Positions 46,881 through 60,135 of a stretch of 64,000 bases of DNA are shown here, piece by piece. The stretch comes from Minutocellus sp. GHC0000111 (Eukaryota): NCBI GenBank assembly GCA_977018835.1, contig OZ361256.1, forward strand, positions 310,001 through 374,000, read 5' to 3'. The position numbers were made by a program, and so were the translations under genes. Under the pieces are notes generated by a model. It ran no database searches. It was not told where the DNA came from and worked only from the letters and a program-made list of their open reading frames with translations. Each line of letters opens with the position of its first letter. Position 1 is the stretch's first letter.

Positions 46881-48718
46881 ATGTCAGAAGCAGACAGCGA
46901 CAAGCCAAAGGGCCGGCCTCGGTCGGAAAGCGAGGCCGAGGACCTTCTCGCGGCGTGGGCGGCAACCGATCCGGCGCAAGCCGCCGCCAGTGCCGACAAC
47001 CTCCTCCGGAGCGGCAGCGCCGGCCTCCTCCAATCGTCCACCAGCCTGAACCGTCGTCGGGACATACCCGGGACAGGTCGGGGTCCAGCTCCAACTTTTT
47101 GGAGGGGCTGCAGGGCGCCGTTGCCATCGGGGCCAGTCCCAAGTTGGCCCCGATCAGTGCCACCGATGTCTACGTCGAGGAAGATGACTTTCTCATTGGC
47201 GATGCTCATGACTCGGCGCCTCCTCTGGAAGTTTACAAGTTGAACGAGGCCAATTTGACCAAGAGTGCCAACAAGGAGGTGATCCTGCCAACCTACGATC
47301 GCAAGTCTTTGACTGCAGGTATCGTCCACGTTGGCGTGGGAAACTTCCACCGGGCTCATCAAGCAACATATCTGGACGATCTATTCCACCTCGACTTTGA
47401 GGGCAACAAGGAATGGGGTCTGGTCGGCGGCGGCATCATGCACTTCGATGCCGCCAAGCGCGCCCTCCTCGAATCGCAGGATTGGCTCAACATGGTCGTC
47501 GCTCGAGACGGTGAAACCTCCCACGCCAAGGTGATTGGTTCGATGATTGACTTTCTGCCCGTCGACGAAGATGGGGGCAGCCTGCTCGAGGGTATGACCA
47601 GCCCCAATATCAAGATTGTGTCTCTGACTGTGACCGAGGGTGGCTACTTTTTGAACGATGGTGCGTTCGACCCAAACCACCCGCAGATTCAGCACGACAT
47701 TGCCAATCCCGATGCGCCCAAGACTGTGTTTGGGATGATCATCAAGGCCCCCAAGATCAGGCGCGAGGCTGGACATGGGGCCTTCACGGCCCTTTCCTGC
47801 GATAACATACCGCATAACGGCGATGTCCTTCAGAGTGTCCTGCTTGGTTTGGCCAATGAGATTGACAAGGAATTCGCCGATTGGATGAAGATCAATGTTG
47901 CCTGTCCCAACAGTATGGTTGATCGCATCACCCCGGCCATGACGGATGAGCAACGTCAGCTCGTGAAATCCGAGCTGGGATTTGAGGATGCCGCGCCGGT
48001 ATTCTGCGAACCGTACCGCCAGTGGGTGCTGGAAGATAACTTCCCCCTTGGTCGGCCCAAGCTGGAGTTGTTGGACAACGTCACGTTTATTGATGACGTG
48101 ACGGCTTAGGAATTCATGAAGATTCGGGTTCTCAACGGTGGCCATGCTTCGCTCTGTTACCCCGCGGCATTACTCGGAGTCAAATACGTCCACGAAGCGA
48201 TTTGGCATCCCTTGATTGGACCGTTCCTGGACGCATTGGAACGGAATGAGATTCTGCCGACCGTCACACCACCGGCGGATACGTCCCTGGAAGGATATTT
48301 GGATCTCATCTTCAGGAGATTCTCGAATCCTACCATCAATGATACCATCACGCGCATTTGCTTCGGCGGGGCCTCTAACCAGCCCAAGTTCACGATCCCA
48401 GTGGCGGTGGACAATCTCGAAGCTGGTAGAGGTGTCGATGGCATTGCTCTGGTTTCGGCCCTTTGGTGTCGATACTGCCAGGGAACGACGAAGGCTGGCG
48501 ATCGCATCTCGCCGAACGATCCTCAGTGGGATCGTCTTCAGGGCATTGCTCAAAAGGCAGCATCGGATCCTTCCGTTTGGTTGGATGCGCTCCATGATGT
48601 GTATGGTGATGTTGGTCAGAATCCCATCTTCGTGGCGAGCTTTACAAAGGCTCTCAAACGAATCCAAGATGACGGCGTGGAAGCTGCCATTACGGAATAC
48701 TTGGAGGTTTATCAATGA
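46881..48718 (+). pseudogene. Mannitol 2-dehydrogenase (long-chain polyol dehydrogenase family) with an in-frame TAG at 48107 and a 5' frameshift
   Basis: GIVHVGVGNFHRAHQA, SLTVTEGGY, SCDNIPHNG, PNSMVDRITP, EPYRQWVLED and MKIRVLNGGH. TAG replaces the usual Tyr of the PYE.MK motif. Confidence 0.7.
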
Positions 48719-48859
48719 ATTGATTGATTCTTGAATGAGATCGGATGATTATCTCGCTGCGCTACTAAGGAAGCTACTAGCTATTACTCAGATAGACTCT
48801 TAAAGCTACATTTAAATCAGAAGTGGCAATTGAACACACAAAAGGCATGTGCAATATGA

Positions 48860-49160
48860 CTAACAACCTCCACATCCACCGCCTCCACATCCACCACCAC
48901 CACACCTACGTGTAGAGAGAAAGAATGGGTAACATGACTTTAGAAGGGGGAAATGGTTGATAAAATGCACAGATTAGAAGATCAGGTAGCACGCCTCAGA
49001 CTTACCCTCCGCCCCCGCATCCACCTCCCCCACAACCACCACCCCAGCCAATGCCATCGATTGCTGTTCCGCATCCACCACCAGCATCATAAAAGTAGAC
49101 CGGAAATATCCAACCACCACCTTCGTCATAATATTTGTTCACAAAGTTTTTCCTCGCAGG
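48860..49160 (-). pseudogene. Duplicated 3' end (including the last intron) of the GRDP gene
   Basis: Near-identical to ~49765-50070, including the gtaagt intron and the [18 protein letters not shown] exon. Confidence 0.85.
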
Positions 49161-49216
49161 ACCCGCTAGCTAGAGCTATCTACGCAAATACTTAAAATGC
49201 ATGAAGGCATGTTAAA

Positions 49217-49400
49217 CTATCCACCCCCACACCCACCACCACAGCCGCCACCTCCACAGCCACCGCCGCCGCCACAGCCCCCTCCTGGATTCGGCGCTGG
49301 GCCGTTGGAGCGACACGCCATAGATGTGAACTGTCCGCAGAAAGACGATATGCAGCCTCGCATTGGTGAACAGATCGCACGAAAAACGAGGCAGTTCGTG
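49217..49400 (-). pseudogene. Internally deleted GRDP paralogue (5' segment fused to the Gly/Cys-rich end)
   Basis: [33 protein letters not shown] matches the GRDP N-terminus and runs directly into a (tgtggc/ggt)n tract ending ggatag. Confidence 0.8.
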
Positions 49401-49764
49401 CGTGCGGGGTGTCATATTGAACAGTGATCTCGAGAGAACTTTGACTTGCTGACTTTAGTCACTTTGCGCCGACTTCATTATATTGTGTGCTTCGCCGATT
49501 AAGCGTCCCATTAGACCGAATCTTAATCATGAGACCTTCATCCACAATCAACTGCTTGGACTTGATCGGAACAACCGTAACCCTCAATAATTTTTTTTGT
49601 TGGAATCAGCATCCAAGTACGATGGTGTGGAAGCTGCCAATTGAATACTTGTACTAGTAGCAAGATAGACTCTACACGTACAAGCAGATAAAAAGAAAAA
49701 GTGTCAATTGGACTCGCGTACATTGTACCGGTACGATTATTATGACTAGATCTAGAGATTCATT

Positions 49765-51583
49765 CTAACAACCTCCACAACCACCGCCTCCGCATCCGCC
49801 GCCGCCACACCTACCGGTACGTGTAGGATGAAATGATGATAACATGACTTTGTGAGAAAAGGGGGAAATGGTTGATAAAATGCACAGATTAGAAGATCAG
49901 GTAGCACGCCTCAGACTTACCCTCCGCCCCCGCATCCACCTCCCCCACAACCACCACCCCAGCCAATGCCATCGATTGCTGTTCCGCATCCACCACCGGC
50001 ATCATAAAAATATACAGGGAATATCCAACCGCCACCTTCGTCATAATATTTGCTTACAACATCCTTTCTCGCAGGATTTGTTGTAATCTCTTTAGGAAGT
50101 CCAACGATGCCGTTTGGACTATCAGCGCGATACCTAGCCTCCAGAACTCCTCTGACCTCGATGAGGTCGTTGAGCTCGGCTTTAATCTTGGCCTGTTTGG
50201 TCCTGGCGCTGGATAATGTTGGGCAAAATCCCCCTCCTTCGCTCGAATACGCTTGTCCACTCTCTCCATCAGTATTTTGTAGGCATCCTTTGTTCGGATG
50301 TGATAGTACCCATATCCAAGCTCTCCTCGTCCAAAGATATAGTTGTCTTTCTTTGGATTGTTAATGCTGCCAGGTGCATTGGATGCCTTGCTTTGAGCAA
50401 CTTCGATGAAGCATTTTTCGCCGTTGGGTAAGGTTGAAGAAGGCTTCAACCACGGCCCTTCCTCCAACCTATCTCCGCCCTCTCCGCCGCCATCAAGTGC
50501 ACCAGAATCAACCTCGAAGTATTCACTCTTGCCTGTAGAGGACGCGCCCATAATGCGGTGCCGATTCAACACTGTCCCCTCTATTTCCGGACGAATCACC
50601 GGCCACTTCATCTCCTCTGCATCGTCTTGAATGCTGAGATGAGACATGACCCACTCGCTTTTCCAGTACCCCTTCGGCGGCTCGCCACGATACATACCGC
50701 CGATGACAACATAGTCTTCGCCATAAGTCTCCCTCCATATCTGTTTGGTTGCATCAAAGGCTCTGTTAAGGGTCGAGCCCTCCGACCGATCGTTGAGTGA
50801 GTCGTCGTGATGGAGCGTTCTGCCGGTGATCCTTCTACAATCAGCATCGTAACTGGCCAGCGACGACAAAATGTGCGTGTGCCACATGAGATCGATTTGG
50901 TACGTCGGAACAATGATTTGGTCACGGCCCTGCTCGGTGGAACGTAGCTTGAGAAATTTGCAGTACGCATCCACACCATCCTGGAGGAATTCTTCATCCC
51001 CGAACCGCTCTTGCGTCACCTGCCAAAGGAAGGTGGCCTGACGTTCGCACGATCCGATGAGGTCGAAGTTGTGAAGCATCCCATACTCCTCGCTGGACTG
51101 TTTCTTTTCGTCTGATTCGAGGGAAAATGGTTCGTTGGCATAACTTATGGCCCATAACTCGCGAGTGTGTTTGGCTGCGTCGTTACTACCATCGTGACCA
51201 ACTACCGCACCCTCGGGACATTGTAGAGCAAAGGGCGGGTTGGCGTCGAGATATTTATCAACCCCCAGCTCTTGTCGGACATACCTACCATAATCACGCT
51301 GCGCCAACCGATGACAGTGCCATAACCACGCAACATCGATCGGTGGGATCAGCTGTTCCACGCCGTTGGCTTGTTCCACACCGTTGGCTTGTTCCACACC
51401 GTTGGCTGCTGTTAAAGCCACGAGGGGAAGCCATAAGTCTTTGTAGCGACGGATGGATTCGGCACTTGGTCGTTGGAGGGAGACGCCAGATAGATGCACC
51501 GCCCGAAGGAAGAGGACGTGCAATCTTGCATTGGCAACCAGATTGCATGAGAAGGGAGGGGATTTGTGCTTGATGGGTGCCAT
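49765..51583 (-). CDS. Glycine-rich domain-containing protein (GRDP/DUF1399-like); intron 49811-49920; frameshift near 50225
   Basis: [14 protein letters not shown] and [12 protein letters not shown] motifs, with a terminal GGCGGGG.CGG tail. Confidence 0.85.
51353..51406 (-). repeat. In-frame 18-bp x3 repeat encoding (ANGVEQ)3
   Basis: Three tandem tgttccac(a/g)ccgttggc units. Confidence 0.9.
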
Positions 51584-51766
51584 CTTGCTTGGAGAATGTG
51601 CTTGCCATCATCATCCATCGCTTGGCTGCTGATCTTTCTCGGCCATCACTTGACTTGCTTGTTCACTGTTCACTTGTTCTCTCGGCTCTATTTAACAACA
51701 CCCCGAAAACTTCAAATAGAAAACTTCATCCAAAATCGAGCCCATCGCATCATTTTTCAAGCAACG

Positions 51767-53198
51767 ATGGCCAGCACGACGGAGAACGCCCCGGCCACCG
51801 CAGCAGCCGCCGCAGCAGCAGCCACCACGGCCGCCACCTCCCCACCCTCGGGAGGCGACGCCAACACCTTCCTCTTCACTTCCGAGTCTGTCAACGAAGG
51901 CCATCCCGACAAGCTCTGCGATCAGGTGTCCGATGCGGTGCTCGACGCCTGCCTCAAGGACGACCCGTTGAGCCGCGTGGCGTGCGAGACCGTTGCCAAG
52001 ACCGGTATGGTCATGATTGTCGGCGAGATTACCACCAATTCCACCGTCAACTACGAGCAGGTGTAAGTCATAATGTGGTTTTGGTTTATGTATCTTGTGA
52101 TTCTAAATGTGCTTGCACATCTTATGCTTGTCCCACGAACTTCGCCTAATTTATGTGCTGCATCGGCATTTCCTCGCCTATCATCTGTCCTCATGAATCT
52201 TCTTCCCATTCTATCCTATGCACGCATGCAGCATTCGAGACGCCATCAAAGATATCGGATACGACGATCCGGCCAAGGGATTCGACTACAAGACGTGCAA
52301 CGTCATCGTGGCCGTCGATGAGCAGTCGCCCGACATTGCCCAGTCGGTCGATGCCGTCAAGGCCGAGGACATTGGTGCCGGCGATCAGGGCATCATGTTT
52401 GGTTACGCCACCGACGAGACGGAGCAGGCCATGCCCTTGAGTCATCTGCTGGCCACCCAGCTGGGCAAGCAGCTCACCGACGTGAGGAAGAATGGCACGT
52501 GCGATTGGGTCCGACCCGACGGAAAGACGCAAGTTACGGTCGAGTACAAGCTCGATGACAGTGGTGTGCCCGTACCGCAGCGGGTCCACACCATCGTTAT
52601 TTCCACTCAGCATGCCGAGGAGGTGACCAATGAGCAGATGAATGCCGATCTGATGGAACACGTGATCAAGCCGGTGGTTCCCGAGAAGTATCTGGACGAT
52701 AAGACGGTGTATCACCTCAATCCCAGCGGTCGGTTCGTCATCGGTGGTCCTCACGGCGATGCCGGTCTGACAGGACGGAAGATCATCATCGACACGTATG
52801 GTGGGTGGGGCGCTCACGGCGGCGGAGCCTTTTCCGGCAAGGATCCCACCAAGGTCGACCGATCGGCATCGTACGCCGCTCGGTGGGTGGCCAAATCCCT
52901 CGTCAAGTCCAAGTTGTGCAAGCGCTGTCTGGTTCAGCTGTCGTATGCCATTGGCGTTCCCTATCCTCTATCGGTGTACGTCAACTCCTACGGCACCGTG
53001 GCTGATAACATGACAGATCACGATCTGGTAGAGGTGGTCAAGAAGGATTTTGACCTCCGGCCAGGTTGCATCGTGCGAGATCTCAACCTGAAGCGAGCGG
53101 TCATGCGCAAGACTGCTGCCTATGGGCACTTCGGTAGGGACGATCCCGATTTTACGTGGGAGAAGCCAAAGGAACTTGCATGGCCCAAGACTGTCTAG
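51767..53198 (+). CDS. metK: S-adenosylmethionine synthetase (intron 52063-52231)
   Basis: [28 protein letters not shown] and [10 protein letters not shown]. The splice is in phase 2. Confidence 0.98.
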
Positions 53199-53482
53199 AC
53201 TAAAGGCTCAATGTGTAATGATTTCTAATATACGTAGTAAGTTGTTTTGAATTCATTTCGATGATTAAAAATATGTAGCTAAGGTTTAAAGGTCTTAGTG
53301 GTTCTTGTTGTTCGTTAAAAAATACTCTGGGTATGGGGTCCTCTCCTTAATTAAAATGGATTTCTGGGATCTTGCTAGCCTCCTCTAATTTTATTTGTAC
53401 AGGTAAATGGGGACGGGAAAATGCAATGGCACGCACAAACAAATGACACCGTTGCTTGTCATCTATCACACACAAAAATCGA

Positions 53483-56307
53483 TTAATTGGTAGTGTCGAG
53501 TTGGGCCAGTCCTTCGACCAGCCCTTCCACTGCGGCTTCTTCCTCGGGAGTGGGAGGCTTTTCGGGAGGGTCACCGTTGTGACCCTCGGCGGGTGGGACA
53601 GGCGGGGCTCCTTCCATGTTTGCCTCCTCGTGACCGAGTGGAGCAACGGCAACGGGAGTGCCATCGGTAGAGCTAGCGCCGGATGCAGTGCCCGGTGCTG
53701 ATCCCATGAGTTGCGGAGGGAGCATCATCGGATATCCTTGGACAGGGTACATGCCAGGCGAACCGGCCATCATGGGACTGCTGTTGTGGGAGGGAGGGCC
53801 GCCACCGCTACTACCGCCGCTGCCCTGACCACCACCTCCACCACCGCCGCCGCCATTGGGACCACGGTGATGGACGCGCTTGTGCTGGACCTTGAGGCGC
53901 TTGGCGCCAATCTGGAAGCCATTCATCTGCTCGATGGCCTGCTCAGCTGAGATGACAGAGTCGTAGCTCACAAAGCCAAAGCCCTTGGACTCGCCGGTGG
54001 CACGGTCGACGTACACCTTGGCGGAAATGACGGTACCAAACGGATCAAAGGCCGCGGCAAGGTCGGCATCGTTGAGGTCGTGGGGCAAATGGTAGATGAA
54101 AACGTTGGCACCGGCGGGACCCTCGCGGGGTCTGGTGACGGGGATGTTGTTGCCGCCGCCTCCACCGCCGCCGCTACCACCTCCCCCCTGGTAGGAGTGA
54201 GGCGGTGGTCGGTTGCCGCGAGAATTGGGATGGGGCATTCCTCCACCACCCTGGGGGTACGGTCCGGGCTGAGCCTGATACATGTACCCGCCCTGCTGGC
54301 CGTAGTACTGCTGGGGAGGGTATCCAGGTCCCATGGCCATGCCATAGTGCTGGGGATACTGCTGGTAGTTCTGGTAGTAGTTGGGGTAGGGGTTGGAATG
54401 GTGCGGATGGCCACGGTAGGCGGCGGCACTGCTGCCATCGTCGCCGGAGTCGCCACCGCTGGAGGCATGGCTCGAGTTGCGGCCACCGCCATTGCCGGAA
54501 CCGCGGCTGCCACGGGCGGACCTCCTCTCGGCGTACTTGACAACGATAGGACGGTCGCATCCGTCGAGCTGAATGTTTCCGGACATTTCCGAGATGGCCC
54601 GGTCGCACTCCTCGCGGTTGGACAGCCGGACAAAGGCGCAGGGCTTGCGACTGCCGTCGGGATTCTTGAGGAAGTAGATGTTCTGAACCTCGCCGTGGGG
54701 GGCAAACATCTCGCGAAGGTTGTCCTCGGACAACGTCTTGGGGATCATACCGACGTAGAGCTTGTTCTCGAGGTCTGTGCATGTTTGTTGAGGAGTTGAA
54801 AGGGGAAAGGATATATAAGAGGTAAGTTCCAACTTTTCTGTGCCAATGACGAGAAATATCAAGCAAAGATAAATACGTAAATACATTCAAAAATCCAACA
54901 GAACGTACCAGGATCGTGCTGCGGCTGAGAATTACGAGGTGGCTGCTGCTGATGGTGATGGGAAGGGTAGCCGTGAGCGTTGGGTCCAGCACCAGGTCCA
55001 CCGTACTGCTGGGGAGGGTAGCCACCACCCCCACCACCATTCGCCATACCACCGCCCCCGTACGGATTCCGGGGAACGTACTGTCCGGGCTCGGCGGCAT
55101 AGCGAACCTGCAAACATCTCTTGCCCCTATTCATCTTGACCTGATCGTGGACCTCCCTCAGCGCCGTGGCGGCATCCTGCGGAAACTGGTAGGTGACAAA
55201 GGCACAACCGCGGTGGGTGCCGTCGTACCGATGACGGATGATGGACACGTCGGCCAGGGGTCCGTAGCGGGAGAAGATGGGGATGAGGTCGGGCTCGTCG
55301 GACGAGCGGGGGACCTGGCCGACGAAGAGCTTGACATCGGAGCAGCGGGGCTCCTGCTGGTGCTGGTGCTGGCTTCCCTGGACGTCGGCGGCTGGACCTT
55401 GGCCCTGACCCTGGACGGATGGGTCGGCATTGGCATTGGAAGCTTCGCCATCGGCGGTGGTGGGACCACCGACGCCGTTCAACACGGGACTCTGATCGGG
55501 CGTCGCCACGACGGCGACGGCGGCGGCGGCGTGGGGCTGGTCCATCTGCACGACGGCCGGCTGGTAGGGCGACGCGCCGACAATGACGGGAGAGCCGTGC
55601 TGCCCGGCGGCGGCCACACCGGGCTGCTGGGTCATCTGCACGATGTGGCCGAGGGGGACGCCCCACGCGGCGCCCGGGCCGGGAGCCGGGGCGGCCGTGG
55701 CGCCGACGACGACCCCGTACGGATACGCGGGGACGGCATTGGCGCCGGCACCGGCAGCGGCATTGGCAGGGACGGCACCGGCAAGAGCACCGGCAGTAGT
55801 AGCAGTCACGGCCGTGCCGTTCAGGACTGTCCCGACGGGCATCATGGCATCCTGCGGCAAAGCGAGCTGACCGGCAGCGGGAGCGGCCGCAGCTGCAGCT
55901 GGGTCGCCCGACTTGGCCGCCATGCCGTCATTGCTCGAAACGCCGACCACCGGGGCAACTACTGCACCAACAGCCGAAGCCGAAGCCGGTCCGGAAGTTC
56001 CGTTCGACATGACGGGCGTGGGAGCCTTGGCCGCTGCCGCCGCCTTGGCCGATTCGGCAGAGGATACTGCTGTAGTCTGCGCCGAACTTTTGGCAGGAGA
56101 TTGCGCCTGCGGGGCTGGGCGGTCACCGGCGGGGGCGGCATTGGTATTTCCAGCCGAAGCCACCGCCGGGGCAGAAGAATTCTTCGGCCCGTCAGATGAC
56201 GAAGATGCCGTTGGACCGGCCGGAGCATTGGCGGCCGAACGGGCCGCCACGGCCTCGAACGACATGGGCAAGGGGGCGGCAGCGCTAGGCGAAGGACCCT
56301 CCGACAT
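53483..56307 (-). CDS. CELF/Bruno-like RNA-binding protein with three RRMs (intron 54775-54908)
   Basis: RRM1 [18 protein letters not shown]2 [19 protein letters not shown]3 [37 protein letters not shown]. Confidence 0.92.
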
Positions 56308-58239
56308 GATTGTGTGGGTTCTGGTGGTGATTTCGACTATATATCAGGTCAATTCAATTGAATTCCTCCAGGGGTCAGTGCCCGGCCCAAATCGATTCAA
56401 ACGAAAAGATACCGAGAAACGCGTTGCGGCACAACTTGTGTCACCTCCGTTTGTGGGCAAGATACCGGCCAATTAAGTCGATAGGCACTCAACCCAACAA
56501 GGTATCTGTATGATCAAGACGAAACAAGGTGAAAGTGTCACCGTAACGTCAATGCGAGGGTACTAGTAGATTCTTCCCAATGCAATGCAAGCAAGATGAT
56601 GCCTGGGGTTTGTGTTGGCGGTTTCTTCGGAGGAAAAAAATTCGAGACGTTAGGCGAGAGTTGGCCGGGTCGGGGCTTGGCCGACTCGGTGCGAAAACAA
56701 TTGGTCCGTTCAAGTCACCTGAGCACTCTTGGGGTGGTGAGGTCTTTCCGTCGTTTTCAGGAAATGATGAGTGAGACCAATGACCTGGACGACGGGTTTG
56801 AAGCAGCCTTGGCCGGCGGGCCGGGCACGGAAGATGGCCACGGTTCAGTGGAAATGTGGGCCCCAGGAGGCATGATGGACTCTAACGTCGTGGAATTCCA
56901 TGAGACTGTAGTCGACTGCCGTGAGGGAGGTCACGATGCCCTAAGGAACGGCAGCACGCCCACCCCCACGCAGAGGCCCCGAGAGACTCGCGGAGCTGTG
57001 CCGTCGCGCTGCCGGCTGGCTGGAGGCGAGAGTGCCTGGAGAGTTGGTCCCATTTTAGGTGAGGCACTTCAGGACATTGGAGATTTTGCTAACTTCGCTC
57101 GCGTTGTCGGACGACGACGGAAAGACCGACGTCCGTCCATTTTTTCTCCCGAACGAAGCTCGTCGTGGTGTGACCCCCGCTCCTGGCCGCTGCACATTTG
57201 CAAGAAGGTGAGACACACACATGGGCATTCCCGAGGCTGGCCGACACCATTGCGCTAGCTACGCATGCGAAAGTTTCAGCTTGATTGGCATGCTGTTGTG
57301 TGAGAAAACACAAATCAAAACAATCAACCTGTGCTTTCGAGCAGCACGCGAAAAAGGGCCGCGGGGGTGAGAAGCGATGCCGTGAGAGCCACAGCCGCCC
57401 AGTCCACCCAGAAATGCAGAGACACACGCCCAAGATGTGCACATGAAAATGTTTGCATGGTTGATTGTTGTGGTTTTTGTTCGCATCCGCCCCCGCCGAA
57501 TCGGCCGCCAATGAGAGCAAGCTTTCGTGCGTCGTCGTCGCATTTTGTGCGTGATTTTTCCCCCTCGACAGCTCAGCCTGTGGGAGGAGTTTTCGAGCCG
57601 GACCTTCGATGTCCCCAACCTTGAATGTGTCTAGAGTGGGGACGCAAGCGAGAGGCAGGCCGGCTCGACCAAGTCTTTTTGCCATGTTTCAGGGGGAAAA
57701 GTTGGTCTCCGGCAGGAAGTTGACATTGCGACTTTTCCCGTCCGTGCTTCGCCGCGTTGGAAACACGGACGACGGAAAGACGAATGTCCAGTTTTTGGGT
57801 CGAGCGGCTCACCTAAAGCTGGACCAACTCGCACGTTGTCTTCGTGTTCTGCTGCTGCGTGTGCTGCTGCTGCACTGCGCACGTCTAGTCTCTGCCGCCG
57901 CGCTCTGTCCGGCTCACGTCCCATCTTCCCCATTGTTTTTCTCTCCATCATCACTGATTGGCGGCCGGGGGTTGACGGGCTAAAATCCGGGTTGCCTGTG
58001 TGTCTCAAGCTAGAAATTTAGCACAACAAAATTAAACTAGCCAAGAAACCTCACCGACGAACCCACCGGGACCTCAACAGTGCTTCAAAACTTTTCACTC
58101 TTTAGCACTCTGTTTTTCTACTCCACCAAGAACAGGTTCTGAGCCACCATCGTCATTTGCCTTGCGTCGTGCAACGTCGTGCAACCTACTAGTACAACGC
58201 ACACATAAAACAGCTCGGCCCCACCCTCACAATCAAAAC

Positions 58240-60018
58240 ATGAGCGGCTTCAATCCCAACGCAGGCGAGTGGAAGCCATCAGCGGCCGCTGCTGAATGGA
58301 CTCCCGGCGCCCCCGCCCCAGCAGCACCGGCACCAGCTGCCGCCCCCGCCCCGGCTCCTCCTGCAAAGCAAGAGTCCACGGTTTCGTCCGTCGACGAATC
58401 CGATCCTCTCTGGAATCTCGTCCTGACCAAAATTGCCAACGGCGTCCGCGAAAAGGCCATGAATCTCATCAACAATCCCGATGCCCTCACGCAATATCCC
58501 GAGGTGGAGAAGCTGATCGAGGAACTGGGAGGCGCCGATGCCGCCATGGAGGAGGCCGAGGATGAGGCCGGCGACACCATCGTTGAGGCTACCGAAAAGA
58601 TGCAGATATCGGAACCTGCCAAGAAGGAGGAAGAAGAAGTTGAAGAGGCCGAGGAGCCGATGGAGGACGTCAAGGAGGGAGACCCGAGAGAGCATCTCAA
58701 CTTGGTCTTCATCGGTCACGTCGATGCCGGCAAGTCGACTCTGTCGGGCAACATTCTGTACCTGACCGACAATGTCGATAAGCGTACGATCGAGAAGTAC
58801 GAGCGGGAGGCCAAGGATTTGAACCGTGAATCGTGGTTCCTGGCCTTCATCATGGACACCAACGAGGAGGAACGGGCCAAGGGCAAGACCGTCGAGGTTG
58901 GCAAGGCCCACTTCGATACCGAGGTGAAGCGATACACCATCCTGGATGCGCCCGGTCACAAGAACTATGTTCCCAACATGATCATGGGTGCCAGCCAGGC
59001 CGATATTGCCGTTCTGGTCATTTCTGCCCGTAAGGGTGAGTTCGAGACCGGATTCGACCGTGGTGGACAGACTCGGGAGCATGCCCTCCTTGCCAAGACT
59101 TTGGGTGTTTCCTACCTCGTCGTCGTCGTGAACAAGATGGACGACCCCACCGTTCAGTGGAAGAAGGAGCGATTCGACGAATGCACGGGCAAGCTCAAGC
59201 CCTTCCTGAAATCGTGCGGTTTTAAGATCAAGCGGGAGGTCAAGTTCGTCCCCATCTCCGGCCTTACGGGTGCCAACGTCAAGGATGAGGTCGACCCATC
59301 GGTCTGCAACTGGTGGAAGCCCTCGTACACCAGCGGAGAGAACAATACCACCAAGTCGACACTGATTGGTCTGCTGGATTCGCTCAATATCGAGGGCCGC
59401 GATGCCTCCGCTCCTCTCCGTATCCCCGTCCTGGATCGGTACACCGACCGAGGTACCATTGCCATGGGCAAGGTCGAGTCCGGTACCGTCCGACCGGGTA
59501 TGAAGGTCACCCTCATGCCCACCCGCAACACATACAAGATCGACGCTGTCTGGGCCAACGAGGAGCCCGTAGCGGCCGCCCGACCCGGCGAAAACGTTCT
59601 GCTTAAGATCGGCGGCGGTTGCGGCGTCGAGGACGTCCAGCGTGGCTTCGTCATTTGCACCAACCCCCCGTGCCGATCGGTCCAGAAGGTCATCTGTAAG
59701 GCCATGCTGATGGACATGCCCGAGAACACCCAAATCTTCACCGCTGGCTTCCAGGCCATGTTCCACACCCACACCTGCGAGGAGGAAGCAACCGTCGTGA
59801 AGCTCTTTGAAACGACCAACAAGAAGGGTATCGTGAACAAGAAGCCTGCCTTCGCCACCGTTGGTATGCACATGATTGTTATGCTCGAGTTGGAGCGAAT
59901 GACACCGGTGGGTACCTTCGACAAGGAGCCGTATTTGGGCAGATTTACTCTTCGAACGGAGGGCAAGACCGTGGCTATTGGTATCATTACCAAGCTCCCA
60001 CCCAAGAAGGACGATTGA
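58240..60018 (+). CDS. SUP35: Eukaryotic peptide chain release factor 3 (eRF3)
   Basis: PAM2-like FNPNAGEW.P, GHVDAGKST, DTNEEERAKGKTVEVG, DAPGH, NKMD and GRFTLR.EGKT. Confidence 0.96.
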   Translation: MSGFNPNAGEWKPSAAAAEWTPGAPAPAAPAPAAAPAPAPPAKQESTVSSVDESDPLWNLVLTKIANGVREKAMNLINNPDALTQYPEVEKLIEELGGADAAMEEAEDEAGDTIVEATEKMQISEPAKKEEEEVEEAEEPMEDVKEGDPREHLNLVFIGHVDAGKSTLSGNILYLTDNVDKRTIEKYEREAKDLNRESWFLAFIMDTNEEERAKGKTVEVGKAHFDTEVKRYTILDAPGHKNYVPNMIMGASQADIAVLVISARKGEFETGFDRGGQTREHALLAKTLGVSYLVVVVNKMDDPTVQWKKERFDECTGKLKPFLKSCGFKIKREVKFVPISGLTGANVKDEVDPSVCNWWKPSYTSGENNTTKSTLIGLLDSLNIEGRDASAPLRIPVLDRYTDRGTIAMGKVESGTVRPGMKVTLMPTRNTYKIDAVWANEEPVAAARPGENVLLKIGGGCGVEDVQRGFVICTNPPCRSVQKVICKAMLMDMPENTQIFTAGFQAMFHTHTCEEEATVVKLFETTNKKGIVNKKPAFATVGMHMIVMLELERMTPVGTFDKEPYLGRFTLRTEGKTVAIGIITKLPPKKDD

Positions 60019-60135
60019 GAAGGCAGTGGATCAGAACAATAGACATTGCTGTCCGCGCTTGTTGCTCTTTAGCTAGAAGTACTACACGAGTACTAAGTTT
60101 TTTCATCTTACCTATTACTATTTACAGTTGATACA

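Noticed and set aside
48107..48109. TAG reassignment or a non-standard genetic code
   Set aside because: TAG is the normal terminator of several intact genes here (GDC-P, SAM synthetase, Der).
56308..58239. ORFs of 120-220 aa between the CELF and eRF3 genes
   Set aside because: Their composition is not protein-like and no motifs are recognisable; probably a long 5'UTR, intron or divergent promoter.
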